Shown here: positions 37,731 to 46,333 of the stretch, one piece after another | How the letters are laid out: every line of letters starts with the position of its first letter | How positions within the stretch are numbered: position 1 is the first letter of the stretch | Assembly: GCA_022143435.1 (NCBI GenBank) | Contig: GCA_022143435.1_3941.1 | DNA length: 64,000 bases | Reading direction: 5' to 3' (one strand) | Source of the DNA: a phage | Notes under the pieces: model-generated | The model's database searches: none | Told to the model about the DNA's origin: nothing | The model's input: only the letters and a program-made list of their open reading frames with translations | Program-made: the position numbers and the translations under genes

Positions 37731-39196
37731 TATTTATTTGCCTTATTTGCTGTGCTTGGGTCTTTCGCTGAAGGTGTCTTTGCAGTACCTTCTCCAGCGG
37801 TCTTATAACCATCTCCTGAACGGCTTTGACTATTTGGAGAAAGCTTTTCAGATACTGGCTGAGACTCATCAGCAGGAGGAAGACCAATATGCTCTCTAAG
37901 CTTGTTAGATAGCTCTTTGTCAACTTCCAAAGCACCTACTGCAACAGTCTTCTGGATATAAGAACCAATTGCTTCAAGGTCTGGAGTTTCGATATCATCA
38001 TATGTGATTTGTACATGTTCTTCATCATCCCACATATTAAGAGCATAAGTCTGTGCAACTAAATCACGGTTAATTACGTTCTTAATTTGCTTCAGCAGAA
38101 TATCCACTGACATTGCTAGTAAGCTTGTCTTAGAATCTGCAAGAGAGAATGAACCATATTTTGACTGACCCATAGCAAGAACATCTGACATAAATGCCAT
38201 CATAATCTGCTTGGAATATCTGTCAATAATAGAACCTGTATCGTATGCTTTAGCACCCTGTCTAGATACTAATGAGAACTCGAAAATATCCTCTTTAGTA
38301 TCTGGGTCGATATATCTAGGCCAGATTAAACCTGCTCTATCATTAGCAATCATATCGTTAACAACAGTTTTGCAGTATTGTACGAAAGCTTTCTTTTCAG
38401 GTTCTGCATTTTCATCCAGATAATCTGGTGGTAAACCAATCTTTGGCATACCTACCAAGTCTCTTGAAACACCAACGGCTTCGTACTCTTCAATCTGAAC
38501 TTTATACTTCCACGGTACATAGGCATTAAGTAATGGTGAACGACCTTCTGGGTTTCCATATTCATCATCATACTTAAACAGCATGAATTTAGCTCGTGGA
38601 AGTTTTCTTGTTAGTGGCCTTTCTCCGAGATTAATTGCCCCAGCAATATGTGAAACATTTCTCAGATTCTGTCTAACACCAGTAACTTTTCTAAAGTCTT
38701 CGTCAAAATACCACTTATCAAGTGTTGATTGGTTTCTGATTGGTAATTTAGCCCATCCAATCAGACCATCATCAAATTTTGACTGGTACTTTCCTTTTTT
38801 ACCCTGTCGCTTCTTATAAACTTTCTCGTTAACACAGAACCCATAAGTGCAGAATGACATTACAGAATTAATAAAATCTGCCCAATCATGCTCCATGTCA
38901 TCCATTAAAGAATTAAAGAAGTCTGCTCTTTCAAGCATTTTAGGGTCTTGCTCTTTTCCCTTTGGAGGTACGAATCTCCAGTTGACTTTTCTGACAAACA
39001 TCTTAATAATATTTACAGATGCTGCTACAGCAGGGTCACGCATCATTAATTGGAAAGTTTTAATACTTTCAGGGAACCTTAGTGCCTGACGAGGTTCTTC
39101 ATAGATTCTTCCATTCTTAACCTTCAGACCCAAAGAACCTACTTCACCCATTCTAAATGGTGGTAAGCTTTCTTGTGTTTCTGTAATATCTGCCAT
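37730..39196 (-). CDS. portal protein (putative)
   Basis: About 488 aa directly downstream of terminase; ATG 39196 with AGGTGAG RBS. Confidence 0.65.
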   Translation of the reverse strand: MADITETQESLPPFRMGEVGSLGLKVKNGRIYEEPRQALRFPESIKTFQLMMRDPAVAASVNIIKMFVRKVNWRFVPPKGKEQDPKMLERADFFNSLMDDMEHDWADFINSVMSFCTYGFCVNEKVYKKRQGKKGKYQSKFDDGLIGWAKLPIRNQSTLDKWYFDEDFRKVTGVRQNLRNVSHIAGAINLGERPLTRKLPRAKFMLFKYDDEYGNPEGRSPLLNAYVPWKYKVQIEEYEAVGVSRDLVGMPKIGLPPDYLDENAEPEKKAFVQYCKTVVNDMIANDRAGLIWPRYIDPDTKEDIFEFSLVSRQGAKAYDTGSIIDRYSKQIMMAFMSDVLAMGQSKYGSFSLADSKTSLLAMSVDILLKQIKNVINRDLVAQTYALNMWDDEEHVQITYDDIETPDLEAIGSYIQKTVAVGALEVDKELSNKLREHIGLPPADESQPVSEKLSPNSQSRSGDGYKTAGEGTAKTPSAKDPSTANKANK

Positions 39197-39212
39197 TCTT
39201 CTCACCTAGCTA

Positions 39213-40814
39213 TCAACGTCTAAGCCCCTCATATGGGTTTCCTCTCACTAAATCTGTGTGAGCACCCATTGATGGTGGCTTGAATAATTTAACTTCGTTA
39301 AGACTGTTGAAAGCATCACTGGTAGCATCCACTTGGTCATCTTTAGTTTTACCGTCACCACAAAAGCCTTCAAGTTCTTGAAAGTAAGCTTCATTCCAAC
39401 TACCTCTCAAGACTTTTACAAGTCCAGCTTCAGAAGCAGCAGAAAATCCCGCAAAGCGGGTAACTTTATCTTTATTTGTTGGTTTGGCTCTTGCTCGATA
39501 ACCTTTCTCGGCAAGTTTCCTGATGAGGGATGTTGCGTAGGATTTACCAGCAGCGCCTGGGTCTTGAGGGATAAAAATACCAGTTCGCTTACCGTCACTT
39601 TCAGCAGTCAAATTAATTTGTGTTTCGACTCCAGAGGGTCTATCTCTAAATCTTACTACATCAATGATATAATAGCAACCGTCTTTTTTAGATTTACCCA
39701 TCTTAACACCTGCTGTCCAGTCTGGATTAGGGTTAATCTCAGATGGTAAAGTTGCTGCTAAGTCCCATGCTCTAACATCAAATACATCTTCTGGGAGTGA
39801 ATCAACAATTTCACACCATTGTCTTTGCCAATAGTTTGAACCTTCTGCACGAGCCTTCCAGTTACCGAAACGAAGTCTTGCAACGTTTACAGGAGTGTTG
39901 TTTTCCAACTTACCACGGTACTTAGGCTCTAAGAAGTCAAGGATTGGGTTATCATCAATCGTACCAGAGATGAAGGTGTATGTTTGAGGAATCTCAAGAG
40001 GGAACATTTCAAGAATCTTGTCTCTCTCCCAATCAGAAACCATCACACCATCATTCATTACATACCAACGAATACGACCACACTTTTCAGGGTCTGGATA
40101 ACCTTCTTCGTCTAAGAAAGGTTCTACCCAATCGTAAATAAAGTGGTCTCTATCTGGGTTCATGGAAATCTTCATGTATGAATCGCCTTCAGCACCAGAA
40201 CGTAGACGGGTTTGTAGGTATGAAATCTGTGAAGCAGAGAAGTGTGTACCTTCGTCAAAGTAAATAGCTGAGTATTCAATACCCTGATGACCTTCAGCGT
40301 GCTTTTCAAGTTCTAGGTAGGTAAACTTGATAGTTGCCCCAGAAGGAAATGTGATAGTCATTTTCTGCTCATGAGGAATCCCACCAAACTTACCAAATAG
40401 TTTCTTTGCAGCAGGCCATAAACCACCTTGTAACTGTGTTGTATTTCGACGGAAATATACAGCATTATAGTTAGGGTCTTCAATAAATCTTAAAGAGTCC
40501 ATTAACAATGCGGCAGTCTTACCAGCACCAGCAGCACCACCATAGAGAACCAAGTCAGCATTAGTATTTAAAAAGACCTCTTGAGAACCCGGTTGAGGGG
40601 CTACATAGTTCTTATCAGTCATCAATTTAAAGATGAGGCGAACTTGGTCTGGTGTGTATCTTAATAAAGTCAGAATTTGAGTTGGAAGGAATTTAGAGGG
40701 GTCTTTACCGAATGATTTAATAATTTCTTTTACTTCATCAGAAAGCCCCAACTCTCCAGCTAGGACTTTCCTAACATCTTCCACTCGCTTCTGCTTAATA
40801 GCATTTAAGTCCAT
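39213..40814 (-). CDS. terminase large subunit
   Basis: Walker A VLYGGAAGAGKT; ATG 40814 with GGAGGTG RBS. Confidence 0.9.
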   Translation of the reverse strand: MDLNAIKQKRVEDVRKVLAGELGLSDEVKEIIKSFGKDPSKFLPTQILTLLRYTPDQVRLIFKLMTDKNYVAPQPGSQEVFLNTNADLVLYGGAAGAGKTAALLMDSLRFIEDPNYNAVYFRRNTTQLQGGLWPAAKKLFGKFGGIPHEQKMTITFPSGATIKFTYLELEKHAEGHQGIEYSAIYFDEGTHFSASQISYLQTRLRSGAEGDSYMKISMNPDRDHFIYDWVEPFLDEEGYPDPEKCGRIRWYVMNDGVMVSDWERDKILEMFPLEIPQTYTFISGTIDDNPILDFLEPKYRGKLENNTPVNVARLRFGNWKARAEGSNYWQRQWCEIVDSLPEDVFDVRAWDLAATLPSEINPNPDWTAGVKMGKSKKDGCYYIIDVVRFRDRPSGVETQINLTAESDGKRTGIFIPQDPGAAGKSYATSLIRKLAEKGYRARAKPTNKDKVTRFAGFSAASEAGLVKVLRGSWNEAYFQELEGFCGDGKTKDDQVDATSDAFNSLNEVKLFKPPSMGAHTDLVRGNPYEGLRR

Positions 40815-40835
40815 TAAGCACCTCCGCAAATAGAA

Positions 40836-41036
40836 TTATTCAGAGTCTGTAGCAGTCTCTTCTTTCTTAACTTCGAACTTTGCATCAACAGCGTCAAGAA
40901 GTGCATCCATAGAGGCTTCTTTGATATCAATACCTGTTGCTACAGATAATCTGTCTGCAATTGCCATGATAGTGTTCTGCATAAATTCTAGCTTTTTGTT
41001 AGCTTCATAAAGTTCTTTATAAACGGTCTCGCTCAT
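40836..41036 (-). CDS. hypothetical small protein upstream of terminase
   Basis: 66-aa ORF. Confidence 0.4.
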   Translation of the reverse strand: MSETVYKELYEANKKLEFMQNTIMAIADRLSVATGIDIKEASMDALLDAVDAKFEVKKEETATDSE

Positions 41037-41072
41037 TATGTTTTCTCCAAATAATTAACCATGTTTCTCCTT

Positions 41073-41096
41073 AAAAAAGACGGTACAGAGACCGTC
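41073..41096 (-). terminator. rho-independent terminator (end of tRNA transcription unit)
   Basis: GACGGT-loop-ACCGTC hairpin followed by T6 on the minus strand. Confidence 0.65.
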
Positions 41097-41161
41097 AAGG
41101 AGAAACCACAATGTACGTCAGAGACATACTGTATAAGTCTTCCTATAAAGTATAACTCTGT

Positions 41162-41222
41162 AAAAAAGCCCTGTCTAAAAATACTCTTCGGTAGCGAAAG
41201 GAAGAATACTTATAGCAGGGCA
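41162..41222 (-). terminator. terminator-like hairpin
   Basis: GCCCTG...CAGGGC stem followed by T-run on minus strand, downstream of tRNA-Cys. Confidence 0.5.
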
Positions 41223-41258
41223 TTATTATTATTTTAATTGAGAGAGAGTAAAATAACT

Positions 41259-41334
41259 TGGAGAATCCGAAGGGACTCGAACCCTTATAAACCTGTTTTG
41301 CAGACAGGCACATATCCATTTCTGTCACGGATTC
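41259..41334 (-). tRNA. tRNA-Cys (GCA)
   Basis: Manual cloverleaf; 7-bp acceptor stem; CCA encoded. Confidence 0.65.
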
Positions 41335-41339
41335 AAAAT

Positions 41340-41432
41340 TGGAGGAAGATACCAGACTTGAACTGGTACACCGATTTCTCAGCTACTGGCAGTTTAGCAA
41401 ACTGCTCCCTTACCTTTTAGGGTTAATCTTCC
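41340..41432 (-). tRNA. tRNA-Ser (GCT), class II
   Basis: Long variable arm; anticodon loop TTGCTAA. Confidence 0.6.
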
Positions 41433-41433
41433 A

Positions 41434-42168
41434 TTATTTCTGTAATGCGCTCTTCATTTCTGGTGTTGCAATAGTGTCAATTACACCAGTTTTACAGGCA
41501 TCATCAAACCAGTCTGGTAAGATACCTGCTAAGAACCCATTGATATTCGTTTTAAGGTACTCTGCAATAAGGGCAGCTTCTTCTTCAATCATCTGCACAA
41601 CTTCATCTGCATAAGCTGTAATCTTTGAGATACCTTCATTAATCTTACTGACAGCTTGGTTAGCTAAATCAGAAACAGTATCAAGACCCTTGTCAATAGC
41701 GTCTTGTAAGTCACTTAATACATTGTTAACACTCTCTAGTGTACTGTTAATCATATCAATAGCTTTTTGACCATATTCTGTAGCAACACCCATAATACCA
41801 CTGAACGGTGTACAACCAACTTGTTCTCCTGCTGCACCCATAACATTGGAATATCCCTTTGCTACCTGCATACGTGATGAAAACTCATCAATAGATTTTT
41901 GACCGTAGTCTGTCAGGGTCTTAGTAGTTGCTGTAGTGCTTGTAAGGCTTGTTGTAAAGCTGTTTAGAAGGACTGTTGTAAGTCCAGCAGCAACAAGTTT
42001 CTCCTGCATTGTAGGGTCTGTTACAGAACTAATAGAGCTTACAAGTGATGTAGAAGCAGCTACGGTTCCACCGAGAACTGCTGCACCAGTAATAAGTGGG
42101 TTAGAAAACCCTTTACCGGTTTTTAAGAGATTAAAAATCTCCTTACCTTGTTCTGTCATCTCTTTCAT
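41434..42168 (-). CDS. hypothetical protein embedded in tRNA array
   Basis: Start moved to ATG 42168 (AGGTG upstream) because the track start overlaps tRNA-Phe. Confidence 0.4.
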   Translation of the reverse strand: MKEMTEQGKEIFNLLKTGKGFSNPLITGAAVLGGTVAASTSLVSSISSVTDPTMQEKLVAAGLTTVLLNSFTTSLTSTTATTKTLTDYGQKSIDEFSSRMQVAKGYSNVMGAAGEQVGCTPFSGIMGVATEYGQKAIDMINSTLESVNNVLSDLQDAIDKGLDTVSDLANQAVSKINEGISKITAYADEVVQMIEEEAALIAEYLKTNINGFLAGILPDWFDDACKTGVIDTIATPEMKSALQK

Positions 42169-42184
42169 TAAGCACCTTTGAAAT

Positions 42185-42260
42185 TGGTAGTCCAGTGGGA
42201 TTTGAACCCTCTTCTCATGTTTTTCAGACACGCGCTTTAACCATATAAGCTACTTGGACT
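42185..42260 (-). tRNA. tRNA-Phe (GAA)
   Basis: Manual cloverleaf; anticodon loop CTGAAAA. Confidence 0.6.
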
Positions 42261-42266
42261 ATAAAT

Positions 42267-42342
42267 TGGGGTGACCTACGGGATTTGAACCCGTATAGAC
42301 CATGTTCACAGCATGGGTCATTACCATTTATGATAAGGCCAC
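42267..42342 (-). tRNA. tRNA-His (GTG)
   Basis: Anticodon loop CTGTGAA. Confidence 0.6.
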
Positions 42343-42377
42343 ATTTAAGGACTCTCGTAAGAACCCTTAGAAGTGGC

Positions 42378-42448
42378 AGCGGCATAAGGATTTGAACCTT
42401 AATAGGACAGCTTCAGAGACTGTTGCATTGCCAGTTATGCTATACCGC
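42378..42448 (-). tRNA. tRNA-Gln (CTG)
   Basis: Anticodon loop CTCTGAA; CCA not encoded. Confidence 0.5.
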
Positions 42449-42454
42449 TAAATT

Positions 42455-42533
42455 TGGTACTCCATATCGGATTCGAACCGATACATAACACAGATTTTAA
42501 GTCTGGCCTCTCTGCCAATTGGAGTAATGGAGC
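42455..42533 (-). tRNA. tRNA with anticodon TAA (Leu by anticodon, short variable loop)
   Basis: Good acceptor and T arms; 4-bp anticodon stem; class-I-like length. Confidence 0.45.
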
Positions 42534-42535
42534 AT

Positions 42536-42611
42536 TGGCGGGGGATGTTGGAATTGAACCAACTTCTTCGATTTCAAAGACCGAGGTTTTAACCTTGTAA
42601 ACTAATCCCCT
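42536..42611 (-). tRNA. tRNA-Gln (TTG)
   Basis: Anticodon loop CTTTGAA. Confidence 0.5.
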
Positions 42612-42619
42612 TTAAATCT

Positions 42620-43177
42620 TTACTTTCTTAGTGGATGAATAAAGAATGCCAACATAACTCTTTCCCTTGAGAATGCTCTTTCTTCTGGGACAACACTTTT
42701 TAGCTTCCACCCAATATAAATTCTCCAGTAGAACTGTTTACCAAAGATTTTAATTGATGGGATAAAAGCGAATAATCCCCAAGCATTGCTGTTCCACATT
42801 AGGAGATAACCTGTCTGATTATCTTCAGGGTTAGAACTTACGTTGATATTACCTTTCCACTTAGTAACATCTTTTACATCTCTTCCTAATACATGGTAAG
42901 AGAAGTTATAAGCTTTGTTTCTCCAGAGCCATCCGACTCTTTGCATGTAGACACCTAGTTTACCAATCCATCTAATATTAGCCCATCTTTTAACGTGACC
43001 TTCATCACCATCAATTGGGTTGTCATATGTCTCCATCCATCTGAATCCGAAAGGTAAGTGTCCTTTCTTCTCACTGTAGAATGGAACTACAAAAGGTGCT
43101 AAGATAACTGCTAAGATTGCTGCAAATGGCTCTAACAAAGCTAAGAAAATCCATGAAGCATACTTCAAATATCTCAT
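42620..43177 (-). CDS. membrane protein embedded in tRNA array
   Basis: N-terminal hydrophobic segment WIFLALLEPFAAILAVILAPFVVPF; Trp-rich. Confidence 0.45.
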   Translation of the reverse strand: MRYLKYASWIFLALLEPFAAILAVILAPFVVPFYSEKKGHLPFGFRWMETYDNPIDGDEGHVKRWANIRWIGKLGVYMQRVGWLWRNKAYNFSYHVLGRDVKDVTKWKGNINVSSNPEDNQTGYLLMWNSNAWGLFAFIPSIKIFGKQFYWRIYIGWKLKSVVPEERAFSRERVMLAFFIHPLRK

Positions 43178-43196
43178 CTAAATAGCCTCTTTAAAT

Positions 43197-43272
43197 TGGC
43201 GCAGGATAAGGGATTCGAACCCCTATTAACAGCTTCGTAGACTGTTGCTCTATCCATTTGAACTAATCCTGC
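43197..43272 (-). tRNA. tRNA-Arg (ACG)
   Basis: Anticodon loop CTACGAA. Confidence 0.65.
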
Positions 43273-43277
43273 AAAAT

Positions 43278-43355
43278 TGGTGTTCCAAGACGGATTCGAA
43301 CCGTCACTAGTACAAGGTTTGAGCTTGCATCCTCTGCCAATTGGGATACTGGAAC
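43278..43355 (-). tRNA. tRNA with anticodon CAA (Leu by anticodon, short variable loop)
   Basis: 5-bp anticodon stem, loop CTCAAAC. Confidence 0.45.
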
Positions 43356-43356
43356 A

Positions 43357-43431
43357 TGGTACTCACTAAAGGACTTGAACCTTTTTCTTCATCTTGTAAG
43401 GGTGGTGTTTTACCATATAAACTAAGCGAGT
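43357..43431 (-). tRNA. tRNA-like, anticodon TAC (Val?), weak anticodon stem
   Basis: Good acceptor/D/T arms; anticodon stem has two C-A mismatches. Confidence 0.4.
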
Positions 43432-43527
43432 GTGAAAGAGGTCTGAAGTTGTGCCGCTAACTCAACTCCGTGGAATTTGTTACGGTCTTCAGTTGACTCA
43501 AAGCGGTCTTTCACTTGACCTCTAAAT
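43432..43527 (-). ncRNA. tRNA-sized structured element, not a canonical cloverleaf
   Basis: Perfect 7-bp terminal stem AGAGGTC/GACCTCT enclosing about 73 nt; no standard T-loop. Confidence 0.25.
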
Positions 43528-43603
43528 TGGTGCTCCCACAAGGATTCGAACCCTGATAAGTTGCTTACAAGGCAACCGTAATAGCCAATTATACGATAGG
43601 AGC
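43528..43603 (-). tRNA. tRNA-Thr (TGT)
   Basis: Anticodon loop CTTGTAA. Confidence 0.6.
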
Positions 43604-43610
43604 ATTAATT

Positions 43611-43685
43611 TGGAGCATCCAGAGGGAATCGAACCCTCAACCTCAGTTTGGAAGACTGTAATTTTCCCGTTTAAACTATGGATGC
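43611..43685 (-). tRNA. tRNA-Gly (TCC)
   Basis: Anticodon loop CTTCCAA. Confidence 0.6.
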
Positions 43686-43691
43686 ACTAAT

Positions 43692-43767
43692 TGGTGGAGT
43701 CACTGAGAATTGAACTCAGTTCCCAAGTTTGCAAAACTCGAATTTTAACCATATAAACTATGACCCC
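43692..43767 (-). tRNA. tRNA-Ala (TGC)
   Basis: Anticodon loop TTTGCAA. Confidence 0.6.
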
Positions 43768-43773
43768 ATTTTT

Positions 43774-43849
43774 TGGTACAGGTGGAGGGAATTGAACCCA
43801 TCGTCTTACTGATTAAGAGTCAGCCGCATAACCATTTTGCTACACCTGC
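43774..43849 (-). tRNA. tRNA-Lys (CTT)
   Basis: Anticodon loop CTCTTAA; register slightly ambiguous. Confidence 0.45.
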
Positions 43850-43856
43850 ATTAATT

Positions 43857-43934
43857 TGGTAGGAGACAAGGGATTCGAACCCTCAAACACCAACTTCTAA
43901 GGATGGTAGGTTTACCAATTACCGTCAATCTCCC
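43857..43934 (-). tRNA. tRNA with anticodon TAG (Leu by anticodon)
   Basis: Anticodon loop CTTAGAA, 4/5 stem pairs. Confidence 0.4.
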
Positions 43935-44190
43935 ATTAAATCTTTTTAGAGAACTTCTAAGAACCTAAGCAACAAGGTTCCACAACAAGCTGTAATAACC
44001 TTAGAAGCCCTCTAAAAAGACCTAAAAAGGTCTTTGCATAGTCTTGTTTAATCCGGTGACTAGAACCTTTGGAGAGCTTGATATTATCTCTTCTCCGTGA
44101 CACCTACTAGGTGCTTTACTGTGCGTGTACGACAATACACTAGGGATACCAAAGCAACATCCGAATGAAGCTTGGCTTTAAATCTTATTA

Positions 44191-44269
44191 GGCGGTAAGT
44201 AAAGGAGTCGAACCCTCACCGTATCTCTACAGTGGCAACTGTTTTCAAGACAGTTTGGCTACCATTAGC
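44191..44269 (-). tRNA. tRNA-Ser (TGA), class II
   Basis: Anticodon stem ACTGT/ACAGT, loop CTTGAAA, long variable arm. Confidence 0.55.
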
Positions 44270-44293
44270 CGCTACCTACCCCTAATAAGACTT

Positions 44294-44376
44294 TGGCATG
44301 GGACGGAGGAGTTGAACCCCTTTGAAACGGTTTTGGAGGCCGTTGCTCATGCCTTAGAGTCTTAACATCGCCCCAT
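44294..44376 (-). tRNA. tRNA-like with Trp-type anticodon loop CTCCAAA (CCA)
   Basis: Anticodon arm matches E. coli tRNA-Trp loop; D region about 7 nt too long for a standard cloverleaf. Confidence 0.35.
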
Positions 44377-44518
44377 ACTATAATTCGAAGCTTACCGTAT
44401 TATCTCAACACTGTAAAGCCCCTTCTCAGATTATTTACATGTTCTGGAAAACATGAGATACAGACCACCTCCCTACAGGAAGACCCGCTTAGGTCGTCTA
44501 AGTAATCTGCTAACTAAT

Positions 44519-44595
44519 TGGTACACCCTACAGGATTCGAACCTGTAACTAACGATTTAGAAGACCGTTGCTCTATCCAATTGAACTAAGGGTGC
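44519..44595 (-). tRNA. tRNA-Arg (TCT)
   Basis: Anticodon loop CTTCTAA. Confidence 0.6.
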
Positions 44596-44798
44596 ATTAA
44601 TCTTTAAAGACTCTCTTAGAAAGCCCTTAAAGATGCCCACCTTATTAATCATACCGTGGGCTAGTACGCCAAATTCTTTGATGAGGGATTGGAAGACCTC
44701 ACTGGTGTTTAGCCTATCAAGCTACTGCCAGAAAAACATTGTCGTTTGCATTTATTTTAAATTTGCAAAATAGACGCTACGCAACGAAAACTAAGGTT

Positions 44799-44827
44799 AC
44801 TATAAAGTAGTCACATCTCAATGTCAA
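44799..44827 (-). promoter_or_regulatory. sigma70-like promoter inside tRNA array (TTGACA-N17-TATAGT)
   Basis: Read on minus strand; would drive the tRNAs at lower coordinates. Confidence 0.5.
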
Positions 44828-44842
44828 CAACTTTATTGAAAT

Positions 44843-44917
44843 TGGTTGTAGGTGAGGGTATCGAACCCTCTTCTAACGGTTATCAGCCGTTTGCATTACC
44901 ATTTATGCTAACCCACA
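44843..44917 (-). tRNA. tRNA-Ile (GAT)
   Basis: Anticodon loop CTGATAA. Confidence 0.65.
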
Positions 44918-44919
44918 AT

Positions 44920-44996
44920 TGGAGGTTCAGATGGGAATCGAACCCACATTCATAGGGCTTATGAGACCCTTGCATTACCTTATCTGCGACTGAACC
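44920..44996 (-). tRNA. tRNA-Met (CAT)
   Basis: Anticodon loop CTCATAA. Confidence 0.6.
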
Positions 44997-45000
44997 ATTT

Positions 45001-45076
45001 TGGTAGAAGTGGAGGGATTCGAACCCATCGCCTGTCAGATTAAAAGTCTGCCGCATCACCATTCTGCTACACTTCC
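45001..45076 (-). tRNA. tRNA-Lys (TTT)
   Basis: Anticodon loop CTTTTAA. Confidence 0.55.
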
Positions 45077-45081
45077 ATTAA

Positions 45082-45229
45082 ATTATCTTTGTAGATAAGC
45101 TACCCAGACTTGCTTAAGGTCTGTAGCGATGTGCCTTTTTGGGTTTAAATCTAGAATTTACCCTTTCACCCTTTGTGGTCGCATACTCACAGGTAAGCTT
45201 AATAACTTATCTACAAAGATAATTACCAG
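45082..45229. repeat. 18-bp inverted repeat (ATTATCTTTGTAGATAAG ... CTTATCTACAAAGATAAT) flanking about 110 bp
   Basis: Read directly; inside a tRNA-free gap of the array. Confidence 0.7.
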
Positions 45230-45504
45230 ACCGTTGTTTATCATCTTAAGTGCTACCATTACACCAACTCGACATCTGCCGAGTGAAGGAATCGAACCTT
45301 CGCCTTTTCTTTACCGAGAAATAGATTGTTTAAGTTTTGCTGTAAACGGTCTTCTGTAAATTTGTTGAGCCAGACCAAGTTTTAGATTTTCAAAATTAAA
45401 TTGGCTTGAAATTTCATACGTTCTTGCTGTATTTGGTCTTCTGCTCCTTTAAAGGATACTCGTAAGAACCCTTTAAGGGAGGGGCTAAATAGCCCTCTCA
45501 AAAT

Positions 45505-45583
45505 TGGCGGTTACGAAGGGATTTGAACCCTCATCATCTCCCGTGACAGGGGAGTATTTTAACCAAATTAAACTACATAACCT
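45505..45583 (-). tRNA. tRNA-Asp (GTC)
   Basis: Anticodon stem CTCCC/GGGAG, loop CTGTCAC. Confidence 0.65.
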
Positions 45584-45587
45584 TTAT

Positions 45588-45675
45588 TGGTGTGCCGTGT
45601 AGGAGTCGAACCTACCGAGTCTCAATGACAAGGGATTTACAGTCCCCACCGCTACCATCTACGGGATAACGACAC
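45588..45675 (-). tRNA. tRNA-Tyr (GTA), class II
   Basis: Anticodon loop CTGTAAA with long variable arm. Confidence 0.6.
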
Positions 45676-45684
45676 ATTTAAATT

Positions 45685-45761
45685 TGGCGGTTAGTCAGGG
45701 ATTCGAACCCTGTGCCATTCGCTTAACAGGCTACCGCACATACCTTATGTGCTTCCTAACC
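45685..45761 (-). tRNA. tRNA-Asn (GTT), imperfect anticodon stem
   Basis: Anticodon loop CTGTTAA; good acceptor and T arms. Confidence 0.45.
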
Positions 45762-45838
45762 TTAATACATTGCCAGACCGTGTTTTTTCTTTTATCCGCA
45801 AAAAGTAGTTTGTTGCTGAATACGGTCTTCTGCAAAAT

Positions 45839-45915
45839 TGGAGGCGGGTGCAGGAGTCGAACCTGCCGATACCATGCTAATGAGACATGTGAGACGCCCT
45901 TTCTCTATACCCGCA
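45839..45915 (-). tRNA. tRNA with anticodon CAT (second Met, initiator or Ile-lysidine type)
   Basis: Anticodon loop CTCATTA. Confidence 0.5.
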
Positions 45916-46006
45916 ATTCTTAATGACCAGACCAAATCTCTTCTTTGTCCGATTTCGTGTCAGATGAATAAGATTAAACTTGCTGTAATTGGTCTTCTGT
46001 CAAAAC

Positions 46007-46084
46007 TGGCGTTCCAGAAGGGATTTGAACCCTCAAATATCCACTTTGAAAGAGTGGTGACTTTACCATTTTGTCTACTGGAAC
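46007..46084 (-). tRNA. tRNA-Glu (TTC)
   Basis: Anticodon stem CCACT/AGTGG, loop CTTTCAA. Confidence 0.65.
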
Positions 46085-46091
46085 ATTAATT

Positions 46092-46168
46092 TGGTCTCTG
46101 TTGGAGGACTTGAACCTCCGGCCTTACCGTCCCAAACGGAACGCTCTACCAATCTGAGCTAAACAGAG
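46092..46168 (-). tRNA. tRNA-Pro (TGG)
   Basis: Canonical D arm GCTCAGATTGGTAGAGC; anticodon loop TTTGGGA. Confidence 0.65.
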
Positions 46169-46333
46169 ATAAACTTTTCAAACTCTATGTAACCACTTTA
46201 ACATTATTTTTTAGTGGTTGTCAAGAACTTTTTTAAAATATTTTTCAGTATCTTAGAAAAGCTCTCATTTCGTTTCTATGTAGAACATATTAAAGGGTAT
46301 CAAACACATTGTCAATACCCTTTTTAAAACTTT

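Noticed and set aside
41143-46089. Short ORFs from the track inside the tRNA array (e.g. 41143-41328, 41339-41614, 45129-45359, 45684-45923, 45838-46089)
   Set aside because: They overlap confidently folded tRNA genes or spacer hairpins and lack ribosome-binding sites; the DNA is better explained as RNA genes.
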